Part shown: positions 1 to 11,674 of the stretch, piece by piece | Layout: each line of letters starts with the position of its first letter | Numbering within the stretch: the first letter of the stretch is position 1 | Assembly: GCA_036172245.1 (NCBI GenBank) | Contig: JAYWIR010000002.1 | Coordinates: forward strand, 930,001-994,000 | DNA: 64,000 nt | Direction: 5' to 3' | Origin: Raillietiella orientalis | Lineage: Eukaryota | Program-made: the position numbers and the translations under genes | Notes under the pieces: generated by a model | Told to the model about the DNA's origin: nothing | The model's input: the letters and a program-made list of their open reading frames with translations, nothing else | The model's database searches: none

Positions 1-2875
1 TAGGCAGCATTCGCAGCATCTCCTGCGCCTCTCTCATGATTAGGAATGGTTGAATACTTCGACAGTAGGTTCGCTTCTGGAAATGGATCCCAAAACGACT
101 GAAGGATGCCACTGTTGGATATGCTCTATGGTTTCCCGATAGCTCGATTCCCGAACCTACAAAGATTTCCTCCATTTTATGATTTCCCGAGTTTTCAAAC
201 TGTTTGTTCATCTTTGGCTGACAGCTTCTTCTTTGAGCAACAAGAGCGGAGGCTACTGCTTTCATCACTCAACTGATAACTTCATTAAATGCTTTTTTTA
301 TAAGATCAAAATAGAAATGAAAGTCTATCAAGCCCTTTCAGCTTCCGCTTAGAATATTAACCCATTCTATTCTTCTGAAGGATCAGTCTTCATGGAGATA
401 GTTCCACCTCCCTCTCCACTGATAAGTTTTTCTCCAAACCGCAAAATTTTTACAAGATGAAACATTTCATTAGGGGGAGGGAGGACACCATCTGACCTCA
501 CACGCACAGCTTTTCTGCAACTGAGAGCAACCATGCCCTGCAATTGACGTGTTTGGGGTTTTTTGTTTTGGAGCTGCTCACAGTTTTTTGTTGTGGAAAA
601 TCCGGCCACGTGAAGCTCTTCGGGAGCATGGTGGATCCAATTAAAGGTCACAAGGTGCTTGAGATGCGCTCAAGAATCTCAGGAGTACTACACTCGAGCC
701 GAAACTTGGATCCTGAAGATCAGCTTTTCTGAATTTCTTATTAGAGTTCACATTCAGATGAAGAGCGATCTGATCTAGAAGCTGGTTAAATTTCAACAAG
801 CTTCTTTTCAAGCAACCATTCTTCGGAGTTCTTGAACGAAGAAATGCATGGAAAATGCAAAAAAAAAGAAAAAAGAAAAGAAGAAAAACTCTGTATCGGT
901 GTCCTGCAGGCACCATTAAACTCTTTGGTGATTCAAACTACGGTTGACGTTTCCACCTCATGAATATCATGTGACATTGGAGTGAAACGTGGTTTGGCTG
1001 CGAGATTTCTGGAGATTTATCAAATGAGCTGTTGACCTGAAGAAGAACTGCCTCCTTGATCCATACGTCTCTGCGCCACCGTCTCCACATTGTCACGCAT
1101 GGGTCCTGTGATTCGCTCCATCGGGGCTTTTGGAATTCCTTGATCACATGGGATTTATTAGTTGATCTGTCTTGAACAGTCAGAACAGCAAAGATCTGTC
1201 AGAACAAAGATCATCTTTTGCGTCTCGTACTCGTCAGATGATCTGCTTCCATGGGAAGCAAGACGTCCAAATGGTTAACCCTTTGGAGATGCCATCTGGA
1301 AATTCTCGATTTCTCAGGCGAGAGCGACCGTTTGCTTTCAACATCTCCGATTTTTATCTGATATCTTCATTTGCTTCAAACAGTGACAAATTTCAGTTGC
1401 ATCGCACCGGTCCATTGCCTCCAAGGATTTCACCGTTGACTCAGAATCATAACGAACTGGAATGCCATGGCACGAACCTTGGGAAACGGCGTCAAACAAC
1501 CTTTAGGACGTTGAGAAAAGCAGGAATGAAAAATTCCCCTTTCAAAGAAAGAAGGCAGGATTCAAGATGAGCGTCGAACTCGGAAAGGGAGGAGTCCCCG
1601 ACGAGAGAGGTGAGTGTTCACCGATTTCGTTAGGGTTCGGTGACGCGGTGAATTCACTCTGCCTGTGGACCCGAAAAAGAAAGGAATGCAACTGAGCCGA
1701 GAACTCTTCCTGGTTCAAATATTCTCACTTGCCCCAGACAAATCCTTCGAAATTTGCTGGGTGCAACCGGGAAACCAGCAGCATGGCACCTGAAGTACCA
1801 AGACAGCTCGCGACAAGGCGTTTTCTGGATGTGTCTCAAGAAACGCCAAAAGAAGCATTATGGAACGGATTGGTCATGGATTAACGGATGCTTCTGGCAG
1901 ATGCTGGGTGTCGTGATAATGTATTTCAGCTGCGGTTGATGGAACAGGAAACTTCAGTGCGAAGATTCGGCGGTGCTTGAGCGGTTCGCGCTGCCGTGTC
2001 CACTGAAAAGCTTCGAGGAGTAGGAGAAGGGATTCTTCAAGGGACACCGGAAGTCATGGCTGCAAAATTCACCTTGCCCCTGCGCTTCCCAGTCACGGAG
2101 CGCGTTCGCAATCGGATGGGGGTAGGGGAATTAAGAAGAGCGTGCGACCTGCACGCGCAGTCGTCCGCCCCTCCGAATTTCCCGTCTGAACAAACTTCGT
2201 CAGCAAGACAGGAAAGGAGCGAGTTTCTCGAAGATCTCAAAGGGTCTTCGGAGAGGCATCTACCCAAGGAATTCCGTGATGCGGAATGACGGTACAGCTG
2301 TTCGAGGGAACGGATCTTACAGGCTTCCGTGAAGGCAGCGGACGGAAAGAATTTAAGAGAAGCGAGCCGTGTACTGGCATGGCAATAAGAGGCAGGAGTG
2401 TTCGCGGCAGCAGCACTCGAGAGAGAGCAGCTAATCTTTGCTTCGCTTGAAGTCTATTGGCTACTCCACCAACCCTGAAGACGCCCGGCAACGGCGACAC
2501 CTACTGCTCGGACCTGAACTCGCTGCAATGCAACGACGCGGAGGAGGGCGGAGAGGCTGCCTGCCAAACATCGGGAAGAGTAGCAACCGATACCGATGCG
2601 AAACGGGATGCATGCAGGATGCCTTCCCGACGCAAGGATCGCAGGAAGAGAGCACTGGTGATGCCAGCACTCGCACCTCTCGGGAGCCGAAGTTGCTCGG
2701 GTTTGGTAAAGAGGGATGCGGAAAAGGGGGGAATTGCTTGACAGGAAGGGTTGGCGGAACCGGAGAGACACCTCCACGGCTTTTCGCCGTCGCACGCTGC
2801 TGTCAAGCAGCACCAAGCTCTTTACACCTGCTTTCTGCAAGTGTCAAGACCGGTGAGGCTTCGTGGAAGACGGAA

Positions 2876-2907
2876 AGAGAGAGAGAGAAAGGAAAAAAAA
2901 AAAAAAA

Positions 2908-2943
<36 letters not shown>

Positions 2944-2950
2944 AAAGAAG
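2876..2950. repeat. Compound (GA)n / poly(A) / (AAAG)n microsatellite
   Basis: Read directly from the sequence. Confidence 0.95.
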
Positions 2951-3744
2951 CAAAAGCGCAGTCCCCAGATCACCGTCCTCAGGCAACTGGATCCCTGCGC
3001 CTTGTTTCCTCGAGACCTCGAGAACGCCAACCCCTCCTTCGGTGACAACACGCCCCGTCTCCATCGGGTGCTTTGCTTGCTTCCTCGGCCTGCCTCTAGA
3101 TGGAGCTTAAGCCATCACTCGATCTTGCCTCTCGACGTTCCCAAGATTGGCAGCTGCAATTTACTTTGTCCTTCAGGCACCTTCTGCTGAAGAAAACCGT
3201 GCATGCGAGCTGCGATCACGTGAATGCTCTCTGCTTCCGATTCCCCGGATTCCCGGAGCATTTCACGTTGTGGGAACGAGGTTTAAGTTTCGAGTTGCTT
3301 TTTTACATCAGTCATCTTCATCTCCCCTGTAGACAAAACGTTGTGCGGATGAACATCGAGGTAACCATCTATCACCATTTATACGGTAATCACGATGATA
3401 AAATTCTGAGCCTCCGGGAATATTCTACTGTGCCGACACGGGTTGCGTGGATCCAGGAGAACCAAGTTACCAAATGAATGCCTTGGTGACACTTCTGATG
3501 CTTGATGTGTATCATCATTTTCGGAAATTAGAAAACAGCAACAGGAAGGTCCTTTGAAATTGCAGCATCAGTTTCACCGTGCCAAATGCATCAGTGAACA
3601 ACTCTTGCTTAGGCGGCGCACTACTTTGGATTTTTTTTTCTTCTTCTATCCCTCTCCAGCAAAAATCCTTGGAATGGAATCTGACGAAACAACTTTTCTC
3701 CCGAGCTGCTGATCCGAGTTGAGATTCCATGTTTCGTACAGATC

Positions 3745-4160
3745 GATGTACAGTGTATGCGTGCATGCGATGCTATACGCGCGTTTGCATGCATGTGCGT
3801 GAAATATGCTTGCCCATCTGTACAAACGAATTTGTAACATATAATGCATATACGTATTATTCAAAGTGCGTACATACATGCAGGAGTGTGACGTATATAT
3901 ACGTTCGCGTTCCGTATATATACCTTTGCGATATACGAGTGTGTTTAATGTGTGTGTGTGAGCGCGTAATGTAAAGAATGCGTATGTGACGAGCGAGCCA
4001 GATGACTTGAATACGTAGGGTGTACTGGTAGGGACACGTGTACACAATTCGATGAGGATCGTACGCGAGCATGCTGCATCCACGAGACTTTTCCGTGCAG
4101 CCGACCGAGCATGGGCATGTGTACACGCATATGCTGTGCACAAACGCATACCGTACGCGT
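3745..4160. repeat. Low-complexity alternating purine-pyrimidine (TA/TG/CG/CA) tract
   Basis: Degenerate tatgcg/tacacg/tgtg words throughout, with degenerate inverted arms at 3781-3817 and 4111-4147. Confidence 0.7.
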
Positions 4161-4679
4161 TTCTTACTGGTAATGCAGGATCGTCGTGATGGATACGGAT
4201 GAGCTGCGGTCGGTGGGTGACAGAGAAATCAATCTCAAGAGGAAAAGGAATGAAGAAAGGGAAATTTGCTGTAAAGTTCTTCCCCAGAGAAAGGAAATTA
4301 GGAAAGAGATGGATTAAAGAGGGGTGTGAAAATTACCGAAGAATACCGTCTTACGTGAATTGACCTCACTTTTCCCTATTCCGATGACCGCCGCGCCGTG
4401 GGCACGAGAAACGTTCGGGCACCGCGCACCTAGGAATGCACTGCTTGGACTACCGGGAAGTGCTGTCCTTCGCCTCCCGAGTTCTCCCTGCCAGCAACCG
4501 AGGCCGCGCCGGCTCGGTTTCGGGAGCTGCCCGTTCCCATCATCCCGGAAAGTGACCCGGCAGCCCGCCGATCTTCCCGCTTTCCGAATTCCAACGGCGG
4601 TCTCGGCCGTTGCGCAGACTGCAGCGGACCGGTACAGTCCGGCGAAACAGGAACACGGCAATCCGGGGGGAAGCAGGTG

Positions 4680-4710
<31 letters not shown>

Positions 4711-5367
4711 TGTTTGTGTCCACTCCCCCAACGTCTCTCCCTTTCGTTCACACGGCGTTTCACGGCATAAACGGTTTAATGAAAGCCGCGGGGCAAATTA
4801 GCCAAACCGGAACCGATAGTCGACATTACGCACTTCTCGTAATCTTCGCCGGAGAACAAAGGACGGAAGTGGAAGGGAGAGGGAGACACATGCGCGCGGG
4901 AAACAGAAGCTTTCTGACCTGCTGCGGACGGACTCTCCGTTCCAGGGGATGGAACTGCGGGAAAGGTCCCGGGGAAGGAAGGAACGAGTGGTAGGAAGGG
5001 GGGGGGGGGGAAATGGGGAGGACGAGGGGTGGCGCAGCGCTCTCCTGGTGTGCGGAGTAGGAACGGCAGCGTCTTTTGGGGGCCGCGTCTCGGAGAGCGC
5101 TTCCCGAAGCCCCGAGGGGCAGCGCGCGCTGTCGTCCCCTCCTCGCGTGACTTCGGGTAGGCCGGGAAGGAAAGGGAGGTTCGCTCCGTCAGGCTCGCGG
5201 AGGGGCCATAGGGAGAAAGAGAGGTGGGGCGGATTCCAGCACGGGCTTTCCGCGAGCTCAGGAATCGGCCCAGTGCTGCCAGGGGCGGGAGGAAAGGAAG
5301 GGGAGCGCGCGCTCGTACCAAGGCGCGTGCGTGTGTATACACACGTTGCGATGGCGGAAACTCTCAC

Positions 5368-5418
5368 GAGCAGCAGCTTCGGGTAGGGATGGAAGCGGGC
5401 TAAGGAGGCAGTTTCCAT
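5368..5418 (-). CDS. Candidate alternative internal first exon of cut (METASLARFHPYPKLLL)
   Basis: ccccATGG start, 17 codons including an RFHPY motif, then CTC|gtgaga donor. It lies just downstream of a GAGA-rich tract inside a local GC-rich island. Confidence 0.4.
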
Positions 5419-6554
5419 GGGGTCCACGGAGGGAAAGAGAGCGCGCGAGCGAGAGGGAGAGAGAGAGAAAGAGGAAGGGGGAGGGAGAGAAAATAAAACG
5501 GGGGAAGAAGAAATCCGAAAAATGCAACTGCGAGCACGGCAGGGTGCGAAGCATGCCGCGGCCCGGAGCAAAATAGGTCATGGGAAACGAGACATCCCGT
5601 CTTGTCGAAACGGATTACTGTGAGCGCTATTAATCAGGCTTTGGCCGTGGTCGCTAAGAGTCGCGGGATGCAGAATGCTGAGCTTCTGCACCGGCAGACG
5701 AAGGGAGCTGGAAGCGGGCGAGAGATGGGTTCCTCAAGAGTCCGTCCGTTCGCCAGCAGGTCTGCCCTCTCGGCGTACACCTTTCCGTGGCGCTGAGGGG
5801 CAACAGAGCGCCGGCTCCGACCCTCGCTGATGGAACGCAGGCCTTCAGGACGGTCCTCCTCCCGGATGTGTCAGAGGTTCCTCGGATCCTTGCAAGGGGA
5901 AGGGTCGAGGGTCGGGAAAGCCAGATGATCGCTCCTCAGCAAGGGGATTGGATCGTCTCCAGTCATCCTCCTCCTCCTCCCCTTCTCAGTTTCCTTACGG
6001 AGGGACGACGAAACGTTTCTTCGCAGGAACAGTGGGAAGTGGGACACCGGAGGCGGCCAGGTCGAAGGATGCGCGCCGACTCGGACCGAAACCGCAGGGT
6101 GCGGTTAGAGTGGCTCGCAGCCCCATCGCTTCCCCGGTCTCAGCATCGCGAGGAGAAAACGCGAGGTCGACTCCGGAACTCCCGGAGCGCTCTTTTCGGG
6201 AGGGGGTTGCTTGGCTCGAGGAGGAGGAGAGCGAGAGCCCGCGGGCTGAGGAGGAGGAGGAGGAGGAGGAGGGTCAGCAGCGAAAGCCCCTTCCCGCGCA
6301 AGCGCCCGCGGTCGGAGTGCTTCTCAGCCCGCCGCCACTTCGCGGGGCTCTGGGGAGCCACGCCTGCGTCCAGGGGTCGTGCTGCAGGGTCGGTCCCTCT
6401 TCGGACCGAACGAGTGAGCGAACGGCTCCGCCGCCGGATCGGCAGCCCTCCCTGATGTCAGGCGGAATTTTTCCGCGGGAGCCGAGTACGGACTCCCCGC
6501 TCAGGAAGGACCTGACAAAGGAGCCTTGCAGATCTGGAGGCTGATGTCTGCTGC

Positions 6555-6702
6555 AACAATTATAAGTAATTACGGGTCCCTGATTTATTGGTGTGCAAAC
6601 TGAATGGATTCTTTCTAATCCGATGATCGGGAGAGATCGGAGCAGCTACGCAATTAATTACGGAAAGCTGGATGCCTCATTAAAAGAAGGGATTATCGAT
6701 TG
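6555..6702. promoter_or_regulatory. Putative intronic enhancer with homeodomain and Exd-Hox sites
   Basis: AT-rich island with TAATTA at 6567, TGATTTATTG at 6581, TAATCC at 6616, CAATTAATTA at 6651, GGATTA at 6690 and ATCGAT at 6695. Confidence 0.45.
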
Positions 6703-8566
6703 CAGCGCGCAGAAACCATGCCCGTAACCTCGGGAGAACGGTTCACCGATAACGCAAGGGTAACCAAGGAAATCAGACAGGGGAGGAGGGGGGGGGGGAA
6801 GAAAAAAAAAAAAAAAAAAACGAGAGAGAGACAAAGAGCGACATTTCTAACGAAGATCCGAGGAAGGAGGGGGAATCTGACGGTCAGATCTTTCATGGAG
6901 AGATGGAGCTTGCTCCATCCCTCCACGAAAAGGTGGGTATCTGCAGCTGCCTCCATGGAGGTCGAGGAAAAGAAGGAGAGCTGGAAAAAAAGAGAGAGAA
7001 AAAACGTGAAACAGCGAGGGATCCCCGGATCTACCGTCTGTAGGGATATGGGAGCCAACTCGAGGGGGATCTCATGAAGCTTCCAGCTGTCAGCAATTCT
7101 TCAGGAACTGCACAGAGGGAGGCGCCTTTCGAGAAAAGAATGGGAAGGAGGGAGCGAAGAAGAAAGCTCGCGGGGAATATCTTCCCGGGGAAGCCCTCTC
7201 GTACACGAGTTTCACGTGACGACCACGGAGGGGAGCAGACATGACCGATCCGGAAGGATCCGTAGCCTCCGCTGGGCCTTCCGTGGAGAGAAGGCGGAGA
7301 GCTCATTGGAGATTCCTTCCGCTATCCGCGGCGTTTCGCGAGGGGGCGCCGGCAGGGCCGGGAGCACATCTGCGATCCTCCCACCGATTCGGGCTTCTTG
7401 TCCCTCGGAAGAGACGAACGGAATTTCCTCCGAAAGAGGCGCCCTGGTTCGCCTTCGAGACGAGTTTTGTTTCGCGAGATGCCCGCGAAGACGGAGAAGC
7501 GGGGGGAGAAAGCACGGCCTCCTCGCGGATGAGCTTGCCTCTCCGAATAGTGATGAGGGATGCTCATCTGTCGCCAGCATCCATCAGTATTCGCCACGTA
7601 AAGGCCATTCATGCGTAGCGCGTGCCGAACGCATCTCTCTCCTCCTCCGTTTCTGAAGCCTCGATCAGTCTTAGCTCCTCTTCGCGAACGCTGCCTGCCT
7701 GGAAAGCACCGAAGAGAGCGTTCCTGCATTTTTTGGGACGCAAGGAATAGGAGGATGGAGAAGGACCGAAAAGGGGGGGGGGAGAAAAAAAAAAAAAAAA
7801 AAAAAAAAAGGATCCGTAGAAGAATCCGCAGAACGCAGCGAGTCTCCGAACGCGAAGAATTTCGTTTGGATCGGAAATCACCCCCTCGCAAAAGTTTCGA
7901 AACGGCGTCACTCCAGCACGTAAAGACAAATGTCTTTGGCGTGTGTTTACGGGAGGAACGAAAGGAAACACCAAAAGGGGCTCGTGAGCCAGTCTTTTTT
8001 GCTTCTGCGTCCAAAGGAGGCGGGGGACGAAGAGTCGCGCCCCGCGCTGCTCCGGGAAGCTATGAAGCCGAGTACGGAAGGAAAGATAAGGCCGGACGCA
8101 GCCCGACTGCAGATTGCCTCGCAGGATTCAATCTGGATGAGATTTCAATCTGACTCTCGTTAGGGTGGCAGTAAGTGTCGATGGTTTTATCGGGAGCTAG
8201 AAGTTTTCACACTCCGTTTGTACCGCGCCGCACTCAGACGCGAGCCAGGAGGAAACGGGGAACGCCGTCAGAGTGCGTTCAGCCCGCTCGCGAGTGCGTT
8301 CGCCGGGATGCGAGGAAGGATGAGGGAGCGCCACGGAAACCGCCTGCTCGCGTCCGACCCAAGAAAGGGAGACAGAGAGCGCCTCTGAAAGGCAGTCGCA
8401 GTTTTTCCGTTTCGTCTCGCCTCCCCTTTATGCCCATAAGACCCCATCCTCGCAGAGCCAGTGCTGTTTCCTCGGCAACGGGGCCGAATAGCGGAGCGAT
8501 TGCCACACTGCTCTGTTCGCGAAAGGAAGGAGGACGGAAACCATGAAAACGGATCAGTGCCAATAC

Positions 8567-9175
8567 CTTCTCCTTTCCTGGGAGCCAAAGACTTCAGGAA
8601 CTGCACAGCATCTTCATCACAGGCCCAAGCGTGCATCTTCCTGTAACTGTCTCGACCCTTTTCCGTTAGCTTGTCCCACGGTTTCGGTTTCGAGAGCAGT
8701 TCACTGACAGTTCCTTGGGACAGACCAAGGATGTACTTGGCAAACATGCGCTGGCCGATGTTGTTGGAGGACAGAAGTTCCCGCACACGCCGGGAAATGT
8801 AAAACGTGTCCAAAGTCTGGTGGGCATACACTTCCATGTTGTGACGAAGCATGTCCTGCAGGCGCGCTTCCAGCGGGTCAGCTTTAGGGATCAGCATTTC
8901 GTGGTTGAGGTGCGGCTCCAGCCTTACGGACTCTGGGCTTTGAGTGGAGGCCTCCAGCAGCCCGTTGACAAGGTGTCCGTTCACCTCTTCGTCTTCGTGT
9001 TTCGAATCGCAAGAGAGCGACGAGGCGGAGACCGGAGGGGATGTCTGAGCCCTGTCGAAATATTTCTTCCAGTTGTTCACAAATTCCTCGTTCACAGAAT
9101 TCCTGAACGTATCCATTCCAGGCATGAAAGGAGCAAAAGGGAACATGCGAATCAACGAAAAAGGAAGGCTGCGTC
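8567..9175 (-). CDS. cut: cut coding exon 5, containing the first CUT domain (about 8586-8816)
   Basis: Acceptor polyT/ctctccctcttttacag|GA after a 79-nt intron, donor GAAG|gtattg, 609 nt, phase 1/1. Encodes DPLEARLQDMLRHNM...LDTFYISRRVRELLSSNNIGQRMFAKYILGLSQGTVSELLSKPKPWDKLTEKGRDSYRKMHAWACD, a canonical arthropod CUT1 repeat. Confidence 0.97.
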
Positions 9176-9254
9176 CTGTAAAAGAGGGAGAGAAAAAAAA
9201 AAAAAAAAAGGAGACAATCCAATCAGGAAACAATAGGCATTTATGTTGCTTGAC

Positions 9255-9379
9255 CTGCCAATTCGACGTTCGGAGACATGTTGAAGGATGAAGCATCTTT
9301 CGCAGAGTCATGCCGAGGTAGATCAAAGGGTTTGCTACTTGGTTGATTCATGTGCACAAATTCCGGGTGCTTCAACATG
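9255..9379 (-). CDS. cut: cut coding exon 4 (S-MLKHPEFVHMNQPSSKPFD...VELA-G)
   Basis: Strong acceptor ttttttctctcttag|C, donor GCAG|gtcaag, 125 nt, phase 2/1. It exactly bridges the phases of exons 3 and 5. Weakly similar to CUX1 ILKSMEF...AKPLE. Confidence 0.8.
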
Positions 9380-10833
9380 CTAAGAGAGAAAAAAGAATCA
9401 GTGGTGAGAGCAACACTGGCCAAGCATTTTGAAAGTGCATTCGTCTTTCACAACTCTCGACCGAGACAGTCAGCAAACTTCTTGGAACCTCCAAGAAGGA
9501 TCTGCAGAGCAGATCGAACATCCGGATGTCACCTCGAACTAGAGTTCTCAAGGTTGGCTTTTTCGTTTTCGATTATCTTCTTTCCTGAAATGCTCCTCGC
9601 TTCCAGTACAGGACCAATTTATTTTGTCTTTCCCGGGTATGAACATGTTTGGTGGTTAACAGATTCCCCTCTTTGGGTGGCGGCTGCTAAGGTTCCGCAC
9701 ACCAATGACGGGAACAAGCTCAATGCGGAAGTCTCTTCGGCGACTCGGTCGAAGGTCGTTTCTTGTGAGAAAGTATACTGAAGATCGATGCTTTCCATCA
9801 TGAAGGAAGAGTGTGTGCCAATAGTTCTTGATTTTTTTCCTTCCTATTGACAGTAGCAATTCATCACCGAATACATGGCGAATAATCGATGCACCTTCAG
9901 TCGCACATGACTTCTGATGTGTCTTCGAGGAAAGCTCAAGAAGCCAGTTTTACGCCCTCAGTGTCAAGCACCCATTTCATTTTATTTTTTTTTTGTTATT
10001 TTTTTTTTTTTTTTTTTCCGCAACTTTTTCATGATTATCATGAATCCGATGTTTCCATTTCCCATCAACTGCGGAAATTATCCGTCAGCTGAAGAGGAAC
10101 ACCATCCCAACTCGGACCGTGGCAACCGAATCTTTGTTTGGCAAGTATGCGCAAAAGCGGCGGCCCGCTGAGAAGCAGGAGGCCCACGGATCATAAAGAA
10201 ACAAATCGACACCTAAATTATTGAAAAGTGGAAGAATGAAGTGTTTCCTCGGGTCACTCCGTTGCGTCTACTGCGTCAGATGGCAGCTTCAGCAGGAACA
10301 AAAGAACTCCGTGTGATTGTAAAGGGAAATCCCTAGCGAAGCATTCCTGAAATTGAAATGCCTTAACGTGAGCTCATTACGGAAATAAAGAGAAGATGCA
10401 TTCCATCTTCGGCTCAGGAAAGAATGATGAATGCACCGGGGATGAGGTGTTGCAAGTTTGCGAGTTTTTATAGCCGTACAAAAATGTACTCAATCTCGAA
10501 CCATCTTTCTCTGGGTGCGTCATTTCAGAATCAAGCCAAAGATGTATTCCGTCTTCTCAGCATGGAACGCGATTGGATGCAATTAAGTTTGCTTCAAACA
10601 GTAGCGTAAACCCTGAAATTTTTCTTTCCAAGCTTGAAGAAACGAGGAGAGGACAGGGAGAGAGCTGGCGAGCGAGGAACGAGGTTTGGAATCCGCGCGC
10701 ACTTCGGATCGCTCGCTCGCTAAGGAAGCGACTGCGAACTTGGGGATGGAGGAGAAGCTGATTGGAAACCATCCAAGCCCCCTATCACCCACTGCACACC
10801 CTGCTACCTGCGGAACAAAGAGCCCTACCGAGT

Positions 10834-10870
10834 AGTCTATTCATTCGTCGGTGCAGTCTATTCATTCGTC

Positions 10871-10924
<54 letters not shown>
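10834..10924. repeat. 21-nt tandem duplication followed by (TG)26
   Basis: agtctattcattcgtcggtg at 10834-10853 and 10855-10874, then (TG)n at 10873-10924. Confidence 0.95.
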
Positions 10925-10926
<2 letters not shown>

Positions 10927-11492
10927 AGCACCTAAAAAACGCAGGGGTTGTCCAGAGGATCCACCTAACATCGTCTAACGAAGCTTATTGTTCCGTGCGT
11001 TTGAGAGCATCTCAAGTTCTGCACGACAGGCAACTTTCGGGAATGGCATGCGGCTAAAGCATCCGTGCAATATGGGGAAGGGACAGGGGTGGGGCGATTC
11101 CAGGAAGGAAAACGGACCAAGCCCTCCATTGAAAATGCAGAGTCGGCGTCAATCAGCCGAGCTGCGGGTTTGCAAACAAGACGCAGATGCATCTGCCGCG
11201 GGTAATCTCCCAACAGACTTTGTTTGCCTCCATCTGAACGGAAAGTCGGACCTTCGGGGAAGCTGGGTGCATTTTTTTTTTTTTTTGCAGAGCTTGTCCT
11301 TCTTCGCGTCGGAAGAAGGCTCGGAAAGTTCCCATTTATTGCTTCGGATCAGGATTCGGCTTCGACACTTCAACCGCCGAATGCGACGGTGGCGGTCGAC
11401 GTTGAGGAAGTTTCGGACCAAACGCCCCTCCCCTCATCCCCGCCGATCCCCCCCTCCCCCAGCCCCCCACGTCGCGCTTTCACGGCGCTTAC

Positions 11493-11674
11493 CTCAGCTC
11501 TCTTTTCAGCTCTTCGTAGTCCCTCTGCGACTCCAGTTTCAACTGCAGCTGGGTCATCTGCTTTTCCTTCTGTTCCAGCTTGTCCTCCAGAAGCAAGATC
11601 TGAGATCTCGTGTTCTCCTGAAGATGGCACAGACTTCCCTGAAGGCGCTTCACTTCCTCCGCTAATCGGGAGAT
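11493..11674 (-). CDS. cut: cut coding exon 3, coiled coil (ISRLAEEVKRLQGSL...SQRDYEELKREL)
   Basis: Acceptor ctattccag|ATC, donor CTGAG|gtaagc, 182 nt, phase 0/2. Resembles CUX1 IAQLVEDVQRLQASL...QADYEEVKKEL. Confidence 0.93.

Noticed and set aside
1..76. Possible next cut exon at the window edge (ccatttccag acceptor; one frame reads ...FLIMREAQEML)
   Set aside because: The weakly suggestive frame is phase 0 whereas CUT1 ends in phase 1. The phase-1 frame has no similarity to Cut, and the segment is truncated by the window.
8268..9326. 352-aa ORF as a single-exon CUT protein
   Set aside because: Its first 50 aa come from exon 4 read out of frame plus an intron poly-T tract (poly-Phe), and the residues after PRKGE lie past a donor site. 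Only 8567-9175 is coding in this frame.
10834..10874. Direct repeat as a CRISPR-like array
   Set aside because: There are only two adjacent copies with no spacer, no cas genes, and the context is a eukaryotic intron.
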